Positions 49,407-62,564 of a stretch of 64,000 bases of DNA are shown piece after piece. Location: NCBI GenBank assembly GCA_004022145.1, contig RCNU01000007.1; one strand, 5' to 3'. The stretch's first letter is position 1. The number at the start of each line of letters is the position of its first letter. A model generated the notes under the pieces. The model did no database searches. It was given only the letters and a program-made list of their open reading frames with translations, and had not been told where the DNA came from. A program made the translations under genes and the position numbers. Source of the DNA: Paecilomyces variotii (Eukaryota).

Positions 49407-51223
49407 CTATGCGGTGAAATACACCACCATGAACCCCACCCAGCTCCCTACGACTCCGAGAGCAGAGTAGCTGCTCATGAACATCAGCGGTAAGAACTCG
49501 TATCTACCGAATCCGAAAATGAGCTGATGAACAAGCGAGCAGTACACGATGAGCGGGATGGCGATCGTGATGTAGAATAAGGAGAAGCGGTCCAGGAGGA
49601 AGACCCGCGGCCGGGTTGATGGCGGAGCCACGTGGTCGAAGACAAATAAGAAAAGGACCAGCCATAGGATCGTGTAGACTGTCTTGACGGGGAATTCGGG
49701 TGCAGTGAAGAGGAGCGGGAAGAGAGAGACATGGCCGGCCACTGCGAGGGGTTTGAATGCTCCGAAGTATCGTCGGTCTCTTATAGCGATTAGGCTGAAG
49801 GGGATGATGATAAGGAGAACGGCCTTTTCGTGGACGTGCCATCCGAAGAGGAAGGAGGCATATCCGCAAAGCGTGAGTGCGCCAACAAACGTTTCCCAGT
49901 CGGGTCGGAACCAGAGTTTGATCAAGGGGAGCTGTTGGACGAGTCAGCAAAGCACTTGATAGTACAGATACCCGGGTGGAGAACACACCAGTTGGAAAAT
50001 GAATGTCAAAGCAAATGTCTGCTCCTTGGTAACCTCCGGGAGGACTGCGAACGATGTATCTCCAACCAGACCTCGGGTGACGCTGCTGAGGGCGTCGTGA
50101 TTGACACTGAGTCCCAGGCGAGGCGCAACTGTTATGGATGCCCTGTCAGTGTGACATTTACACAAGATGCAGAAGATATCACGTACGTGGAATGAGAACG
50201 CGATCCGTAAATGAGTACATCGCCCAGATGTTAGGTGCCCAGTACGCGTGACACAATCCCCTAGAGAATGGGAACAGACGATCTTTCAACTGAAGCAACT
50301 GGTTCCAGTACACAAAGGGTCCAAATGCGGCAGCGAAAACGCCTACAACTGATACGCCCAGCTTGATGATGTTACCGAACCGTGGCCGGAAAATAGACCT
50401 AGGGTCGAGACAGTATGCTCGCAGTAGGTAGACGAAGTAGGCGAGCGAGAGGTAGAGGTAGATGTGCTTGAAGCAGAGCAGGATAGCGAACAAAATCCCG
50501 CTGTAAAGGAGAGTAGACTGCTTGCGTGCGAGAACGATCGACAGAACGAGGATTCCGTAGAGGAAACCATTGTACTGGAAGTGGATGTGGTCGATAATGA
50601 GCAGCCCGGGAGAGAGGAGAATCGAGAGACTGGCAATATGGGCAAGGTGCTTGCTAGCTAAGGGGACCGAAGCCACAAAGCTAGTATATTCTCAGTAACC
50701 AGAAATCTTCTAGCAAGCTTATGGAGGTCATACCGATTCAACGCATACAGAAGAACCAGTTCACTGAGTATAACCGTTGTTCTCTGGAAGTAGACGGTCT
50801 GCCAGGAATCATAATTAAGATTCTGGACGACCAGCATCAAAGGATCCGCATAAGACGCAGCTTGTGACAGCAGCCATTCGAAAGCTGCGAAGAATGGTGG
50901 GTAGTCGAGAGTCCATTCTGACGTTTTCTAGCTCCGACACTCAGTATCCTCTCCGGATCAAACGGGTCGATACCTCCACCTCCACGTACCTCGTAGTACC
51001 ATTCTTTGGGCGGGAGGGAATGGGTAATGGCCAGCCAATTGCGGTGGACCTCGAAGTCAGTCGACTTGCTGCGTCGCGGGGTAGAGATATCAGTAAAGAT
51101 CGTCGCCAAGTCCAGGGACGGAGGGTGAATTTTGGGTCTCACGTACTATGCGGGGAAGAGAAGCAGCTTGAAGGCCGTAGCAACCACGGCGGTTTGCGCC
51201 AGGGAGGGATAGAGGTCAGCCAT
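49407..51223 (-). CDS. ALG8: Dolichyl-P-Glc alpha-1,3-glucosyltransferase Alg8, multi-exon
   Basis: [73 protein letters not shown]. Confidence 0.95.
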
Positions 51224-51418
51224 TGGCGCAGCAGAGCATATCGAGGGCGCAGTTGGGCGCAGTGAACGACGGAGGATTGATGGCAGCGATGGAAGATGAA
51301 CTAGTAGTTTACTGTACTCTAGCTCATAACTATTATTTCCGTGATAATAATTAATCCTCATAAAGCTCCGCGCCTTAAACTTTCCGCGCCGAGAGATCGT
51401 GGCCCGGGCACGCGCAGG

Positions 51419-51432
51419 CACGTGACGTGTCC
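51419..51432. promoter_or_regulatory. Overlapping CACGTG / TGACGTGTCC element (bHLH or bZIP, UPRE-like) in the ALG8-EMP47 divergent promoter
   Basis: Sequence CACGTGACGTGTCC lies between two ER glycoprotein-pathway genes. Confidence 0.35.
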
Positions 51433-51930
51433 ATATCAGGCGCAAGCTAAGCTCAAGGAGAGGACAAGCTGTCAGTTCAAATAACTCGACTACGCAGGGA
51501 TCGGGAAGACGCTCCACATGGACATGTCCGATGTTGGTGTCCGCCATTCAATAGCTCTCTCTGACTTGAGTGTCCGGCATACCGTGGATTTCTCTTCGTC
51601 CGTTGTTGCTACCGCCAGGGAGATTCGCGTCTGCGTGATCGCCATTGTAGTCGGGTGGATCACCACTCGTGTCGTCTCAGAGCTCTCCAGACGAAAATCC
51701 GCGGGCCCCTGAGCACGATTGCTGATTGATACCCTGCTGGCGTTCACCACGGAGATTGGATTGGGTCATCTCTCCTAGATCTAGCATCTTTGGATCATCT
51801 GCTTGCCATTTTCAAGTTCCCTTCACGAGCCCTGACGGGCGATTTATGCTAGCTGGTGCCAGCAGTTGCGGCTAGACATCGTCTCGAGCACTCTAACATC
51901 ACGAAGTTTATATTCGCATTTCACGACAAA

Positions 51931-53553
51931 ATGAAGCTCTTCCTTTCTGTTGCATTTTGCATAGCTGCGGCCAAGGCACAGTCGTTCGTCGACAGTTTAA
52001 GTTTCGGTCATCAATCGAGGTACGAACTGCATGTCCTTGTTGAGTACCCTCGGGCCAGCTTATCTAATTCCCACTTTAGGATATCCCCAAACAATGATGC
52101 CATCCCCGGCTGGGACCTGGGGGGCGATCAATTCAGACCCCAAATAGTAAGTTGGCGGTTCTATTGTAGATCATCGACTGATTGCTAATTCCTATCTAGC
52201 TTTCGGACAAAATCATTCTGACCCCGCCTTATCCAGGCCATACAAGGGGTTCCTTGTGGGCCCAAAGTCCGTAAGTTTCTCATTATGCTACTCTTGAGTC
52301 ATTGGCCCAGTTATACTGACAGAGAACTAAGTATATCCGAGCCCGAATGGATTGCAGAATTCCAGTTCAGAGCTAATGGCCCCGAGAGAGGCGGTGGCAA
52401 TCTCCAGCTGTGGTACACGAAAGACGGACAATCCAAGGTCGGAACGTCCAGCATCTATACTGTCGGCCCATTCGATGGCCTGGCACTCACGATTGACACC
52501 CACTCTGGAAGAGTAAGTCTACGCAACTGACGTTTGAAACGACTGGTACTGATCATTGTCCAGGGCGGAAGTATTCGAGGATTCCTGAATGATGGAACAA
52601 CTGACTACAAGTCTCACACCAATGTGGATAGCCTGGCGTTTGGTCATTGTGACTATCCTTACCGTAATCTCGGTCGCCCGTCTGTTCTTCGGATTAGGCA
52701 CACAAACACTCTCCTCGAGGTGACTGTCGATGATAAACTCTGCTTCCAGACGAACAAGGTGAGCACGAACTAGTTCTACAAATACAGAAGGGTGTTTCTG
52801 ACAGATTACAGGTTGCACTACCTGCTGGCAACACCTTTGGAGTCACAGCAGCAACCCCAGACACTCCAGACTCTTTCGAAGTCTTCAAGTTTCTGGTGTG
52901 GACTTTGCAGTCTGGCACGACGAGACAAGCGCCTCCAAGCCAGCAGCAGCAGGGCAGCCAACAACCCCTGTACAACCAACAAGACTCTGGCTCTCAGGAC
53001 ATCCAAGATCAACCTGCATCGTTCTACACAACGTCGGCGCAGCAATTTGAAGATCTTCACGTTCGCCTCCAGCTCATGAGCAAGGCGAGCAACACCATGC
53101 TCCGCGAGATCACCGGATTGAGGTCGAAGCAAGAGGAACGCCATCAAGAGCTCCTCCGCAACTTCATCAGCAAAGATCACTACGCCAATCTCGATGCCCG
53201 ATTGCAGAGAATCGAGTCTCTCCTCCAGGCTATCCAGCGTGATGTACAAGGCAAAGACTACCAGGACCGGTTCGCCCAGCTCCAAGAAGCTCTGAAGAGC
53301 TCCCATCTCACCCTGACTGAGAGCCTGCAGACTTCCATCTACACTAGTAAGCCATCCATTCACTCCCTGCCCTTCTCCCGAAAGCAATCACTAGTAGTGC
53401 ATTTACTAACACCACTCTTCCCCAGTGATCGCCGCCTCTACCCCTAGAATGGGCCTATTCGTCTTCGTCCTCATCGCCTTCCAAATCATGCTCGCTGGAT
53501 CCTACGTCATCTACAAGAAACGTCGCGCAAACATGCCCAAGAAGTTCCTTTAG
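51931..53553 (+). CDS. EMP47: L-type lectin ER-Golgi cargo receptor Emp47/ERGIC-53-like, multi-exon
   Basis: Signal peptide, ILTPPYPG..RG, GNLQLWY, IRGFLNDG, AFGHCDYPYRNLG, FGVTAA..PDSFEV, coiled coil, TM, and C-terminal KKFL dilysine motif. Confidence 0.85.
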
Positions 53554-53710
53554 ATAATGATGATGACAACCAGCCCTACCTACCTCATCCATCAACCTCT
53601 TATGAGGTCCTTCAAGAACTCCTCGTTTTTCAGCATGTGTTAATGACGTCCATCTCGTCTTTCTGAAAGAGTTCAAGGAAGTAAAAGAAGAGCACTCTCG
53701 ATATGATTAT

Positions 53711-53732
53711 GTGTGTGTGTGTGTGTGTGTGT
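53711..53732. repeat. (GT)11 microsatellite
   Basis: Perfect dinucleotide run. Confidence 0.9.
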
Positions 53733-54108
53733 TGCTCATGTAGGCATGGCATGATGTGGAGGGAAGTGTATGTAACATGTAAACTAAATCTCTAGATAAA
53801 TTACCGTTAGGCGTCTGATATCTTGAAAATTTTCCTGATTAGCAATGCAATGCAATATTCCGTATCTTAACGCATAAAAAGGGTTGATTAGAAATGCAGT
53901 GTACCGTATCTAAACGCCCAAGAATGGTTTATAACCAATAAACTACGTAACTAGATATTGATACAGCTAATCACCACTTTAGAGCTAGCTACATGCCTAC
54001 TAAGTACTACTAGTTATATCATAGCTACGACCAAGAAAAAGACTGAATAATCCAGTTTCTATGAATGATTTTTGCTAAACATACATTCCGTTTCAAATAA
54101 TTAAATCT

Positions 54109-54430
54109 ACGCTTTATCCCAATCGACCATCAGATTACCATGATGGGAGGAATAGAGGAAAGCGTGATCTATCCTCAGAGGATAAGCAAAGGATAAGCAA
54201 AGCAGTTCGTTCCATCAAGTCATCCCGATCGACTACCGCGATTTCGTCATGGTAGGAGGGATGAAAAATAGGAAAACCTGCTGTTGGGAAAAAAAAAGAG
54301 AGAAAAGAGATGCATCGGCGGAGAAAAGCAAGTCCATCGTCAGGTAATCCCAATCGACCATCACGGTCTGTCGTGATAGGAAGGGATAGAAGAGAGGAAA
54401 GTCCGCTGTTGGAAAGAAGTTGCAAAGCCA
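54109..54430. repeat. Three imperfect ~105-125 bp direct repeats, each with a hairpin
   Basis: ATCCC(A/G)ATCGAC at 54116, 54222 and 54347, each followed by a stem-loop and a purine-rich tract ending in GGAAA. Confidence 0.75.
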
Positions 54431-54913
54431 ATGATAAGTAGGCCCCATCACTTTGTCCAGGTAAATCGTTCCTTATGAGGAAAGGAAACTGAAAGGACAA
54501 AAGGGGACCGACAAGGCTGTCCATGAATACACGTTGTTGCAGTGGAAAGAAGGGGCGCGGCCGAAAGTAGAATGTCGGCTAAAGCGCGGAAATGATGACT
54601 TCGAAGCATACACCCTGAAACGCCAGTTCGTTTTGAAAAGAGGGGGGTAAAAAGATTTTGAACTCCAACCCAGTCGTGAACCGACCCAATGCATGAAGAT
54701 CTCGGTAGCAAAATAGCAACATCGCTGTGCGTTCGCCGATTGAAAAGAGATAAGAAGACGCATTTGCTTCAACTTTTTGTTTTCTTCGTCCCTGAGTGAC
54801 ATGAAGATATGAAGAGGAGAGTGAAGTGAGGCGTAAGTCGTGGTGAGCCATAATAAGAACATGAGGTCCGATGATGAAGTCGAGATAGTGGCCGGTTCTC
54901 CTGTTGGTATTGT

Positions 54914-57514
54914 TCAGTCAGACGAACTGCCGGTGAGCGTCTGGATACGACGGTTGATGAGCTCTTGTAGAGCGTGGAGGGACTCAAGCTCGGTCTCTGC
55001 CTTGGGAAGGTCTTTGGGAGCGTTGGCTCGTAGCTGGTCAATCAACGTGCCGATCTTGTCAGGCTGCAGGTTCGTCGTGGCCTGGTTCCCCTGGGCAAAA
55101 GATGCCAGGTTCATGGCAGCTTCACGATCAGCTGCCGACCGAGAGGCCAGGACGTCTGCTGCGGCGTCGTTGTTGTCGAAGACCTCCGAAGTGGGAGGCT
55201 GGGAGGCGTAAAACGCAGTCGCCTGTTCGACGAGATGGTCCAGCTTCTTCTTGGCATACTCACTGTACTGAGCAGCCCCAGCGGCCCGAATCTCGGCTTC
55301 CAAGTTCTCGCTGTGGGAATAGGATGTTAGCAAAACACATAGACATTCATCAAACATGCCAGGGAGCATTGACTTACCGCTTGATACGCTCGATGAAATT
55401 GAGCTTGAGCCCCTTCTCCGAGACGCGGTACACGATTCCCTGCGACTCCTGCTCCTCGAGCTCCTCCGCCTCGCTGTCCTCCGGCAGGACGTCGACATCA
55501 ACCACGCGTGGATGGCGGGGCCGGCGGATTCGATGGGCACGCCCATATCCGTTCTCTCCGGGTGCGATCTTGTACAGCTCGTGCTCTACGTGGTTGGGGC
55601 ACATCCAGTTGTGGTGAGCCTTGTCACTGCCGGGCTTCTGCGGCGGCGGGATCGCCAGTGGTGGATCGACACAGTCCATGTGGAATGCACATGGACAGTA
55701 GTCGCACTGGACGATCGGGCGAACCCCGTTCGTGGTACGGCCACAAGCGACACAGACGATCAACTTGTTCTTCGAATCGAATAGCCGCAGACGGTACTGG
55801 TCGTCGAGGAACCCGTAACGACCGCCCCTTGCGCGGGCGGTGTTCTTGACACGCGGGTGTACCTCTTCGTACCTCCCATCTTCTCCCGTCTTGACGCCCT
55901 CGAAGTAGGTCCGGGTCTTGAGGGGGAGCTGGAAGTCCCTTTCGGGAGCCTTGTCCAATGCTTCCAGCAACGCCCCAAAAGGCCCGCTCATCGAGCATGA
56001 GGGGCAGAACCACTTTCCCTCCGGCAAGTTGGCCGGGTCGAGGGGGGGCGCCAAGCAGGAGAAGTGGTAGGAGTTGACGCATCCATCGCAGCAGAGGAGC
56101 TGCCCACTTCGGCCGCACTGCCGACAGAAGTCGTTGTTGTCCTGGGACTCACCGCGGCTGCAGAGTAGCGTTAGTATTCATCAGAGTAGATCAACAAAAA
56201 AAAAAGAGTAAAAGATAGTACTTACGTTCGAGGGTCCCTGACCCTCTCACCGTTGGGAGTCCCCGACTCCGGACCAGGAGACGACCGGCTCTCTGGTCCC
56301 AACGAGGACCGCAGGCGGCTCTCTCGAGCTACCAGATCCGAGAACGTCCGACGCAGACGACTCTTCTTTTCGGCGATGGCCTCCTCCGAAAACTCGGGGT
56401 CTTCTTGCCTAGCGCGTTTGCGCTGCTGAGAGGCCTCGCTGGCCGGGAGTGCGGTCGAACGCAGGAGAGGCTCCTTGCCCTTGCCCTTGGGCTTGGGGGG
56501 AGGTTTCTCTCCTGCGCCCATGGCCGGCGCAAAGGTGTCTGCGTCGAGCGACTTTGCCGACGACAGGGACGAGGTGGCCGTGGCCGAGCGGGTTCGGGTC
56601 CGAGGGGGCGTGCTGACCTTGCCGGCAGACTGCTCTTCTGCGCGGAGAGACTTGAAGGCCTCGCGCATCGCCCCCTGGAACGCCGATTTGTGCTCGTCGG
56701 CCGGTTGTTGACGGGCCACCCCGTCGAGAACGGAGAGGAAAAAGCCGTTCTTGTCGCTCTCGGTCCACAAGCGACGAAGACCACGGGCAACTGCCCGGTC
56801 CCCAGAAGCCTCAGCCAGGCGGAGAGCATTCTCAACCACCGACTTGATTTTCTCGACGTTGTACTGCGCCGAATGGGGAACCGGGAGTGCCCGTAGGTCG
56901 AAGGCGTCGGTCTCCGTCGTGTTCTCGGGGAGCTGGTTGGCGCTGGGCTTGGAATTGGCTGTACCCTTTGCCGGCTCTTCAGTTGACGCTGAAGCAGATT
57001 TCGGTCGTTCTCTGACGTGATTGCCATTCGCGACAGTGGCACCAGTGTTGGTCCGTTTCTTTACGATGATATAACGAGGAGTTGTTTTGGTGGTAGATGA
57101 TGAAAGTCCAGCTTTCCGGAGATCGCTAGCATTAGGCATAGCCCCTAGAGGTCGCATATCTGACAGGACGGGGTTGGCAGAGCTTGAGACGGCTGACCAG
57201 GGAGTGTCAACGTAGCTAGGTGCTGCAGCACGCAGAGGAGGTTCAGTCCAGTCAGTGGTTGGTGTAGGTGTCCGGACGTCAGTCGACTGTCGTCCTGCTG
57301 CTCCTGGGAGCTCATGCTGTCCTTGATCCTCGCGAGGTTCATCTTGCGCCGACTCGACTCCAATCCGTGAAGTTCGACCAGTACGCCGTTGCTTCCTGGG
57401 TCTTGCAGAGTCTGTAAGAGAAGAAGAATTCACGGCCGCTTGCACGTTCAGAGGAGTAGCTGGTCGAGAAGTATTTGACCTGGCGCGGGAGGAGGAGCGG
57501 AGGTTCGGAGCCAT
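54914..57514 (-). CDS. RCO1: Double-PHD finger protein, Rco1/Cph1-like (Rpd3S HDAC complex subunit), multi-exon
   Basis: PHD1 NNDFCRQCGRSGQLLCCDGCVNSYHFSCLAPP..WFCPSC; linker FQLP..RTYFEGVKTG; PHD2 CVACG..IVQCDYCPCAFHMDC..WMCPNH; SEKGLKLNFI. Confidence 0.75.
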
Positions 57515-57780
57515 TGTAGATGTAGACTCGACAAAAGACTGCGGCGCACACCGTTAGCTGACGGGAAATATTTTGAATCCAGGAAGCAAATCATACTCAC
57601 CGGTGAACGATTCCCAGGCTGGCAAGAAGCTCACCAGACGTGACCGTTGGAACCGTAGCCAGCCCGCGCGTTCTCCGCGGGTTGAGAGAGAGGAAGGAGA
57701 GCGGGAAGCTTGAGAGATCGAGCGAGTTTTCGAGGGAACCGCCCCGACTGGCCCTGTCCAGCCTCGTCAAGGGGCTGCAC

Positions 57781-58060
57781 CACCACAAGACAGAACAACA
57801 CCCGGATCTCCAGGGAAGATTGAGAAAATAGAGAAAGTAGAGGTGGAGAAACAGTGTCTGAAAGACTCCAGAAGTGTAGGAAGAAAGAAGAAGTGCCTAA
57901 GACAGTATCTCGGCTCGAGGTTTAGATGCCCAGGGGTCGCACCACTACACAGTCCAAACAACACCCGGAGCTCTAGAGAGTTCTGAGAAAATAGAGAAGA
58001 CAGAGGTGTAGAAACGTGTTTGGAAGGGTTCCGGACGTTTGTTCAGAAGTGAAGAAAAAC
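57781..58060. repeat. Two imperfect direct repeats (~160 bp period) upstream of the Rco1-like gene
   Basis: CACCAC..AACAACACCCGGA..TGAGAAAATAGAGAA..AGAGGTG.AGAAAC at ~57781 and ~57940. Confidence 0.75.
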
Positions 58061-58620
58061 GCAAGGCTGTCCGTGAGCTCGAGTTCTGGTGTCCAGGGGA
58101 AGAAAAGGAGTAGAGCAGACGCAGAGCAGGAGAGGTGAGGAGGTTGGAGAGGAGAAGAAGAAAAGACGCGTCGAGGGGCAGGAGAAGTGATGATAAACAA
58201 AGAGAGGGTCGTCTGTTGGGAGGACTCCCCAGTGCAATGTGTTGCTCAGGTTAATTTTTTTTTCTTGCCTTTTCCAAAGGGTTGCCTGGGGACGTGGTGA
58301 ATAAACGTGGAGGTGAATGCGAGGCACCCTCCCCTTTCTACATGGAATATGGAAAACAAATGCGTGATAGAGACCAATTTTTTTTGGTTTTATTTTGCTA
58401 ACTAGAAAGACAAGGGCCTTTAGAGAGAAACCCTTTACATGATCGTCATATCAACCGACATGACTGGATCCCGCGTACTGCTGGGATTCACTGTGGAACT
58501 ACCAATGCCATATTCCCTCGGGCCGCGGCGTGCAAGTACAGCTCAGGGGAGTCATAGATAGAGTCTTTCCAATGCGAAGCATATATCAGACTGGACAAAA
58601 ACCGTGTTTCCGCGTCGAGT

Positions 58621-60278
58621 TTACTCCTCATCGCCGGACTCCTCTCCCTCTCCCTGGGCAGTCTTAGCGGGCTTCTTCTTCTTCTTGTTCTTCTTGCCCT
58701 TGGCACCCGTTGACTTGGAGATCGGACGCTCGAGGATCTTCAGGATCTCCTCGTCCTCGATCTTCTTGTCCGACTTGATCTTGGACAGATCAGGCTCGGG
58801 AGGAGCAGCAAGCTTGGTGATGCCGTTCTTGGTGATAGCTATTCGACAGGTCAGCCCCACCTCTCATGGGAAAAGAAAAAGCACGTCTCTTTCAGATATC
58901 TGAAAGGCAAGAAAACTACTCACCAATGGTAGTCAGGAGTCTGGCCACAGGAGCGTTGTCCGAGTCACCGGCGGGCTCGTACTGTCGGACGACGCCGCCA
59001 CGGACACACTCAACGACACCGACCTTACCGGCCTTCTCGTCATCGAGCTGACGCAGACTGAAGGGGAAGGTTCCAAACTTCTTGACGATTTCGGACAGGG
59101 TCTGTCTCGAGCTAGGACGCTTGAGGATGTATGTCGTGGTGGTACGGCGGTGCAGAGTAGCGCGGTGCGACAAGGTCTTGACCTTTCCAGATCCCAAGCT
59201 CATGCCAATCTCGACTCCCCAGACCTCTCCCACCTCGGGGACACCGTCGCCCTTAGTGCCAGAACCGGGGCTCAGGATGATCTTCTTCTTGCCCTCGATC
59301 TCGTTACGCTCGAACTGCCAGCTGGTGGTGTTCTCGACAACGTTGCAGTCGTACGCCTTGGCGACCTTCTCGATCAGGTTGGAAATCTGGGTCTGAGTAG
59401 GAGGCTTCTCAGCAGCAGCCTTCTGCTTCTCTTCCTCGGATCCGGTGGCCAGCAGACCGGGAGGGACCATGAGTCTCAGAAGCAACTCATTGGCGTAGTG
59501 TGTCGCAAGCAGGAGGTCGGCCTCGCGGCCGGTGACGGCGTCCTCAGCCCCGGCAACAACGATGCTGTCACAGACAATGGTTCCGAATCCATCAATCTGG
59601 GCGCCCAGTTGGATCTTAACGACTTCTCCGGCCTTGAGCGTCGTGTTGGCCTCCTCCGCGTCAGAGAGCAGAGGAGTGTACGGAGTCACGTAAGAGCTCG
59701 GGGACACCGTCGTGGGGTGGGCGAAACCTTTTTTTCGGAAAGAAATCCTGTCAATACAGAGGATCCCATTTACAACGAGCAAGGACCCTTCGCTACAACG
59801 TACCCTTGGAGACTTTCTTGCCCTTGTAGACCTTGGCAATCTCCTCCTCGAGAAGCTGGTCACCCTTCTGGCAAAGCTCCACGATCTTCGCGCCCTCAAG
59901 GCACCATCCTGCGGCAATCAGTCAATTGAGGCTCCTTTGATACTGGGCCAGAAGGCAATATACCTGAGACGGCTTCTAGGACCTTGTGCGAGATCTGCGC
60001 CGCAGTCTTGTACTTGGTCAAGGTATCGGGGTTGTTCAAGGTGTAGTCTGGAAGACAGGAGATAGATTGTCAGTTATATACGAAACGTAAACCCCGTTGG
60101 CATCGCGTGTAACCTCCGAACTGAGCGGAAAGACGCTCCGGGGCGCCTCGACAGCGTCACAGCAAATGATCGAAAAGAGACGGGCAAAATCGACAACCTC
60201 GCAGGCAGAGTGCGATTAGATAGCGCACAAGTCCTTCCGGATACACTTACCAACCTCGGGGGCCTGAGTCTCAGCCAT
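58621..60278 (-). CDS. cdb4: Curved DNA-binding protein Cdb4 / Ebp1 (PA2G4)-like, M24 fold, multi-exon
   Basis: DYTLNNPDTLTKYKTAAQIS, KGFAHPTTVS, VKIQLGAQIDGF, YILKRPSSR, FPFSLRQL, and a Lys-rich C-terminus. Confidence 0.9.
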
Positions 60279-60590
60279 TGTGTCTGATGGTCCTCGCGCT
60301 GGAGGAATTACTGCACAGATACTCTCGGGGTGGATGTGCGAGAACGTAGAGCTATTTCGATCTGCCTTTTCAGGGTCGTGTGCAACCGGTTTGGCGGGGT
60401 TTTCGACGGTTGACGGTGGGGTCTGGCAGGGCTTCGCGAGATTCGACTGACCGCCCGCTAAGTAAGGATTTATTATTATCATTCGTCGTCCCGCGCGCAA
60501 CGTCATGGGCCTCGTCCGTGGTTCTTTTACTTTTACGAGTATCTAGAGAGCTTTCTGGGTCTGTTGCCAGTCTGTTAGCTTAGCTTAGAC

Positions 60591-61490
60591 ATGTTGCCTG
60601 TCCGCGTCCTCACTCACAACATCCGTTACGCGACTTCGTCTCCGTTCAAGGGCGAGAAGCCCTGGCCGCAGCGTAAACAGCTGCTCCTCAACGAGCTGCT
60701 CTATAATACACAGTATCATCACGAGTCGTTTATCTGCTTACAAGAGGTCCTCCATGGGCAATTGCTGGACGTTCTCTGCGGGCTCAACAAAGCGTCTGGC
60801 ACCAACACTACCGCGGATCCAGAGTGGGCGTACATAGGAGTCGGAAGGGACGATGGCAAAGAGGCTGGAGAGTACTCCCCAATCATCTACCGTCCAGCGG
60901 TCTGGCAGCTATTGCATTGGGAAACCGTCTGGTTGTCCGAAACGCCGACGGTGCCATCAAAGGGATGGGATGCGGCCTCCATACGTATTGTGACTATCGG
61001 CGTCTTCAAACATCATGCCAGTCAGAAGACGATTCTGGCCTTGAATACTCACCTTGACGACCAGGGATCCAAATCACGAGCGGAATCCGCGCGTATTATC
61101 TTGAGCAAGATCCACGAGTACCGCACCGGCCCATACGTAGATGTACTCTCGGGGATCTTCCTCTCTGGGGACTTTAACAGCAAGGAAACCCAGGAAGCTT
61201 ACACAGCGTTGACGGCGGACACGTCACCTCTCGTGGATAGCCAGAGACTTATAGACCCAGCAAAGCGGTATGGCAATGAGAATACCTTCACGGGGTTTGG
61301 CTATGAAGGCGTACCGCCAACGCGCATTGACTATATCCTGCTGGGACCGACGCATAAAACGGAGAATACCGGTCAGGCTTTATCTCTGCCATGGACGGCC
61401 ACGGCGTATGCTGTTTTACCAAACAAATTCGACGACGGGGTCTATAATTCGGACCATCGAGCTGTTGTCGTCGATGCGGTGTTGAGCTAA
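60591..61490 (+). CDS. Endonuclease/exonuclease/phosphatase (EEP) family protein
   Basis: THNIRY, CLQEV, GVGRDDG..GEY, WLSETP, NTHLD, GDFNS, RIDYI, SDH. Confidence 0.92.
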   Translation: MLPVRVLTHNIRYATSSPFKGEKPWPQRKQLLLNELLYNTQYHHESFICLQEVLHGQLLDVLCGLNKASGTNTTADPEWAYIGVGRDDGKEAGEYSPIIYRPAVWQLLHWETVWLSETPTVPSKGWDAASIRIVTIGVFKHHASQKTILALNTHLDDQGSKSRAESARIILSKIHEYRTGPYVDVLSGIFLSGDFNSKETQEAYTALTADTSPLVDSQRLIDPAKRYGNENTFTGFGYEGVPPTRIDYILLGPTHKTENTGQALSLPWTATAYAVLPNKFDDGVYNSDHRAVVVDAVLS

Positions 61491-62564
61491 GTGTCGTCGA
61501 TGTTTTAAACATCCTGGCAGTTAAGATCCAGCAGGTCTGTCGCGAGTTCTGTTTGTCTTTTGCGCAAGCTGTTAATCTTATGACTAGTTACATCATTGGT
61601 GTCTTTGATAAGGTTGGAATAGCATGTAGTGATAATAATATCCCCTAGACCTGCCTAGTCAGTCAGTCAACGCTCGCATGTGCAGTGAAATGGTAGAATC
61701 GAATGAGCAGTGTCTAAATTGAAAACAAGGGAAATCCAAACCTTGCTGTCAATAGCGTAGCAGTGAGATGTGGTTCCGAAATATATAGTTATACTTTTTC
61801 CACGACAGAATGAATGTGCTTAAGCCGCTTTAACGTCGACGCCCTGTACGAGCTGTCTCTCTCTTCCTAGTATCTAAGCCTTGGTTATAATAGTAACACC
61901 AACTAACTATTATCCCAAACAAGGACGATAGATCATCTATCTAATAATTGATCTAATTGAATTATTTCGCTAACTAGTCTTACTGGTACTGCTACGCACC
62001 GCCTCCAACGACCTCTAACCCCCAAAGCGGCTAGCGCAGCGGAGAGGGACGGAGACGGTATCGATACGACACAGTACGATACCGGTAATTTCAGCAGATC
62101 GCAGAGAGCAACAAGAGCGCCGTCGATTGCCGTAGGATGGCCCTTTTTTCACGCTGGAGATGTCTGTAGAGACTGCACTGTCTGTCTGGATCTCGTCCGC
62201 ACGAATGCATGATGAGGATGCTGTGGCCAGCACGGAAACGGCCAGTAGAGTAGGAGTAACGAACAGCAGGATCTACTCTAGTAACGGAGCGGGAGGCGGC
62301 TCGTCCTCCTTCGTCTTCGCGCTCCAGTTCCGCGACTCTCTTCTTCTCTCTTTCCAGAGCGCCGCAAGCCAACCAGGAAACGAGAAGCCACCCGCCAACT
62401 CCAGGGATTAATTACTACATATACTATAGTTACTTACTATAGTGATAGTTAATTATTTTCTCTCCTGTTTTCTGATCAAATCCCAGCGGCCAGATCGGCC
62501 CGTTCGGCGCTTCGGCAGATCCTGCGCGTGCCTCGCGGGAAAAGCGATCGAGCCCCAACCAGCC

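Noticed and set aside
54109-54430. CRISPR-like interpretation of the spaced repeats
   Set aside because: Eukaryotic locus, only three degenerate copies, the intervening sequences are themselves homologous, and there are no cas genes.
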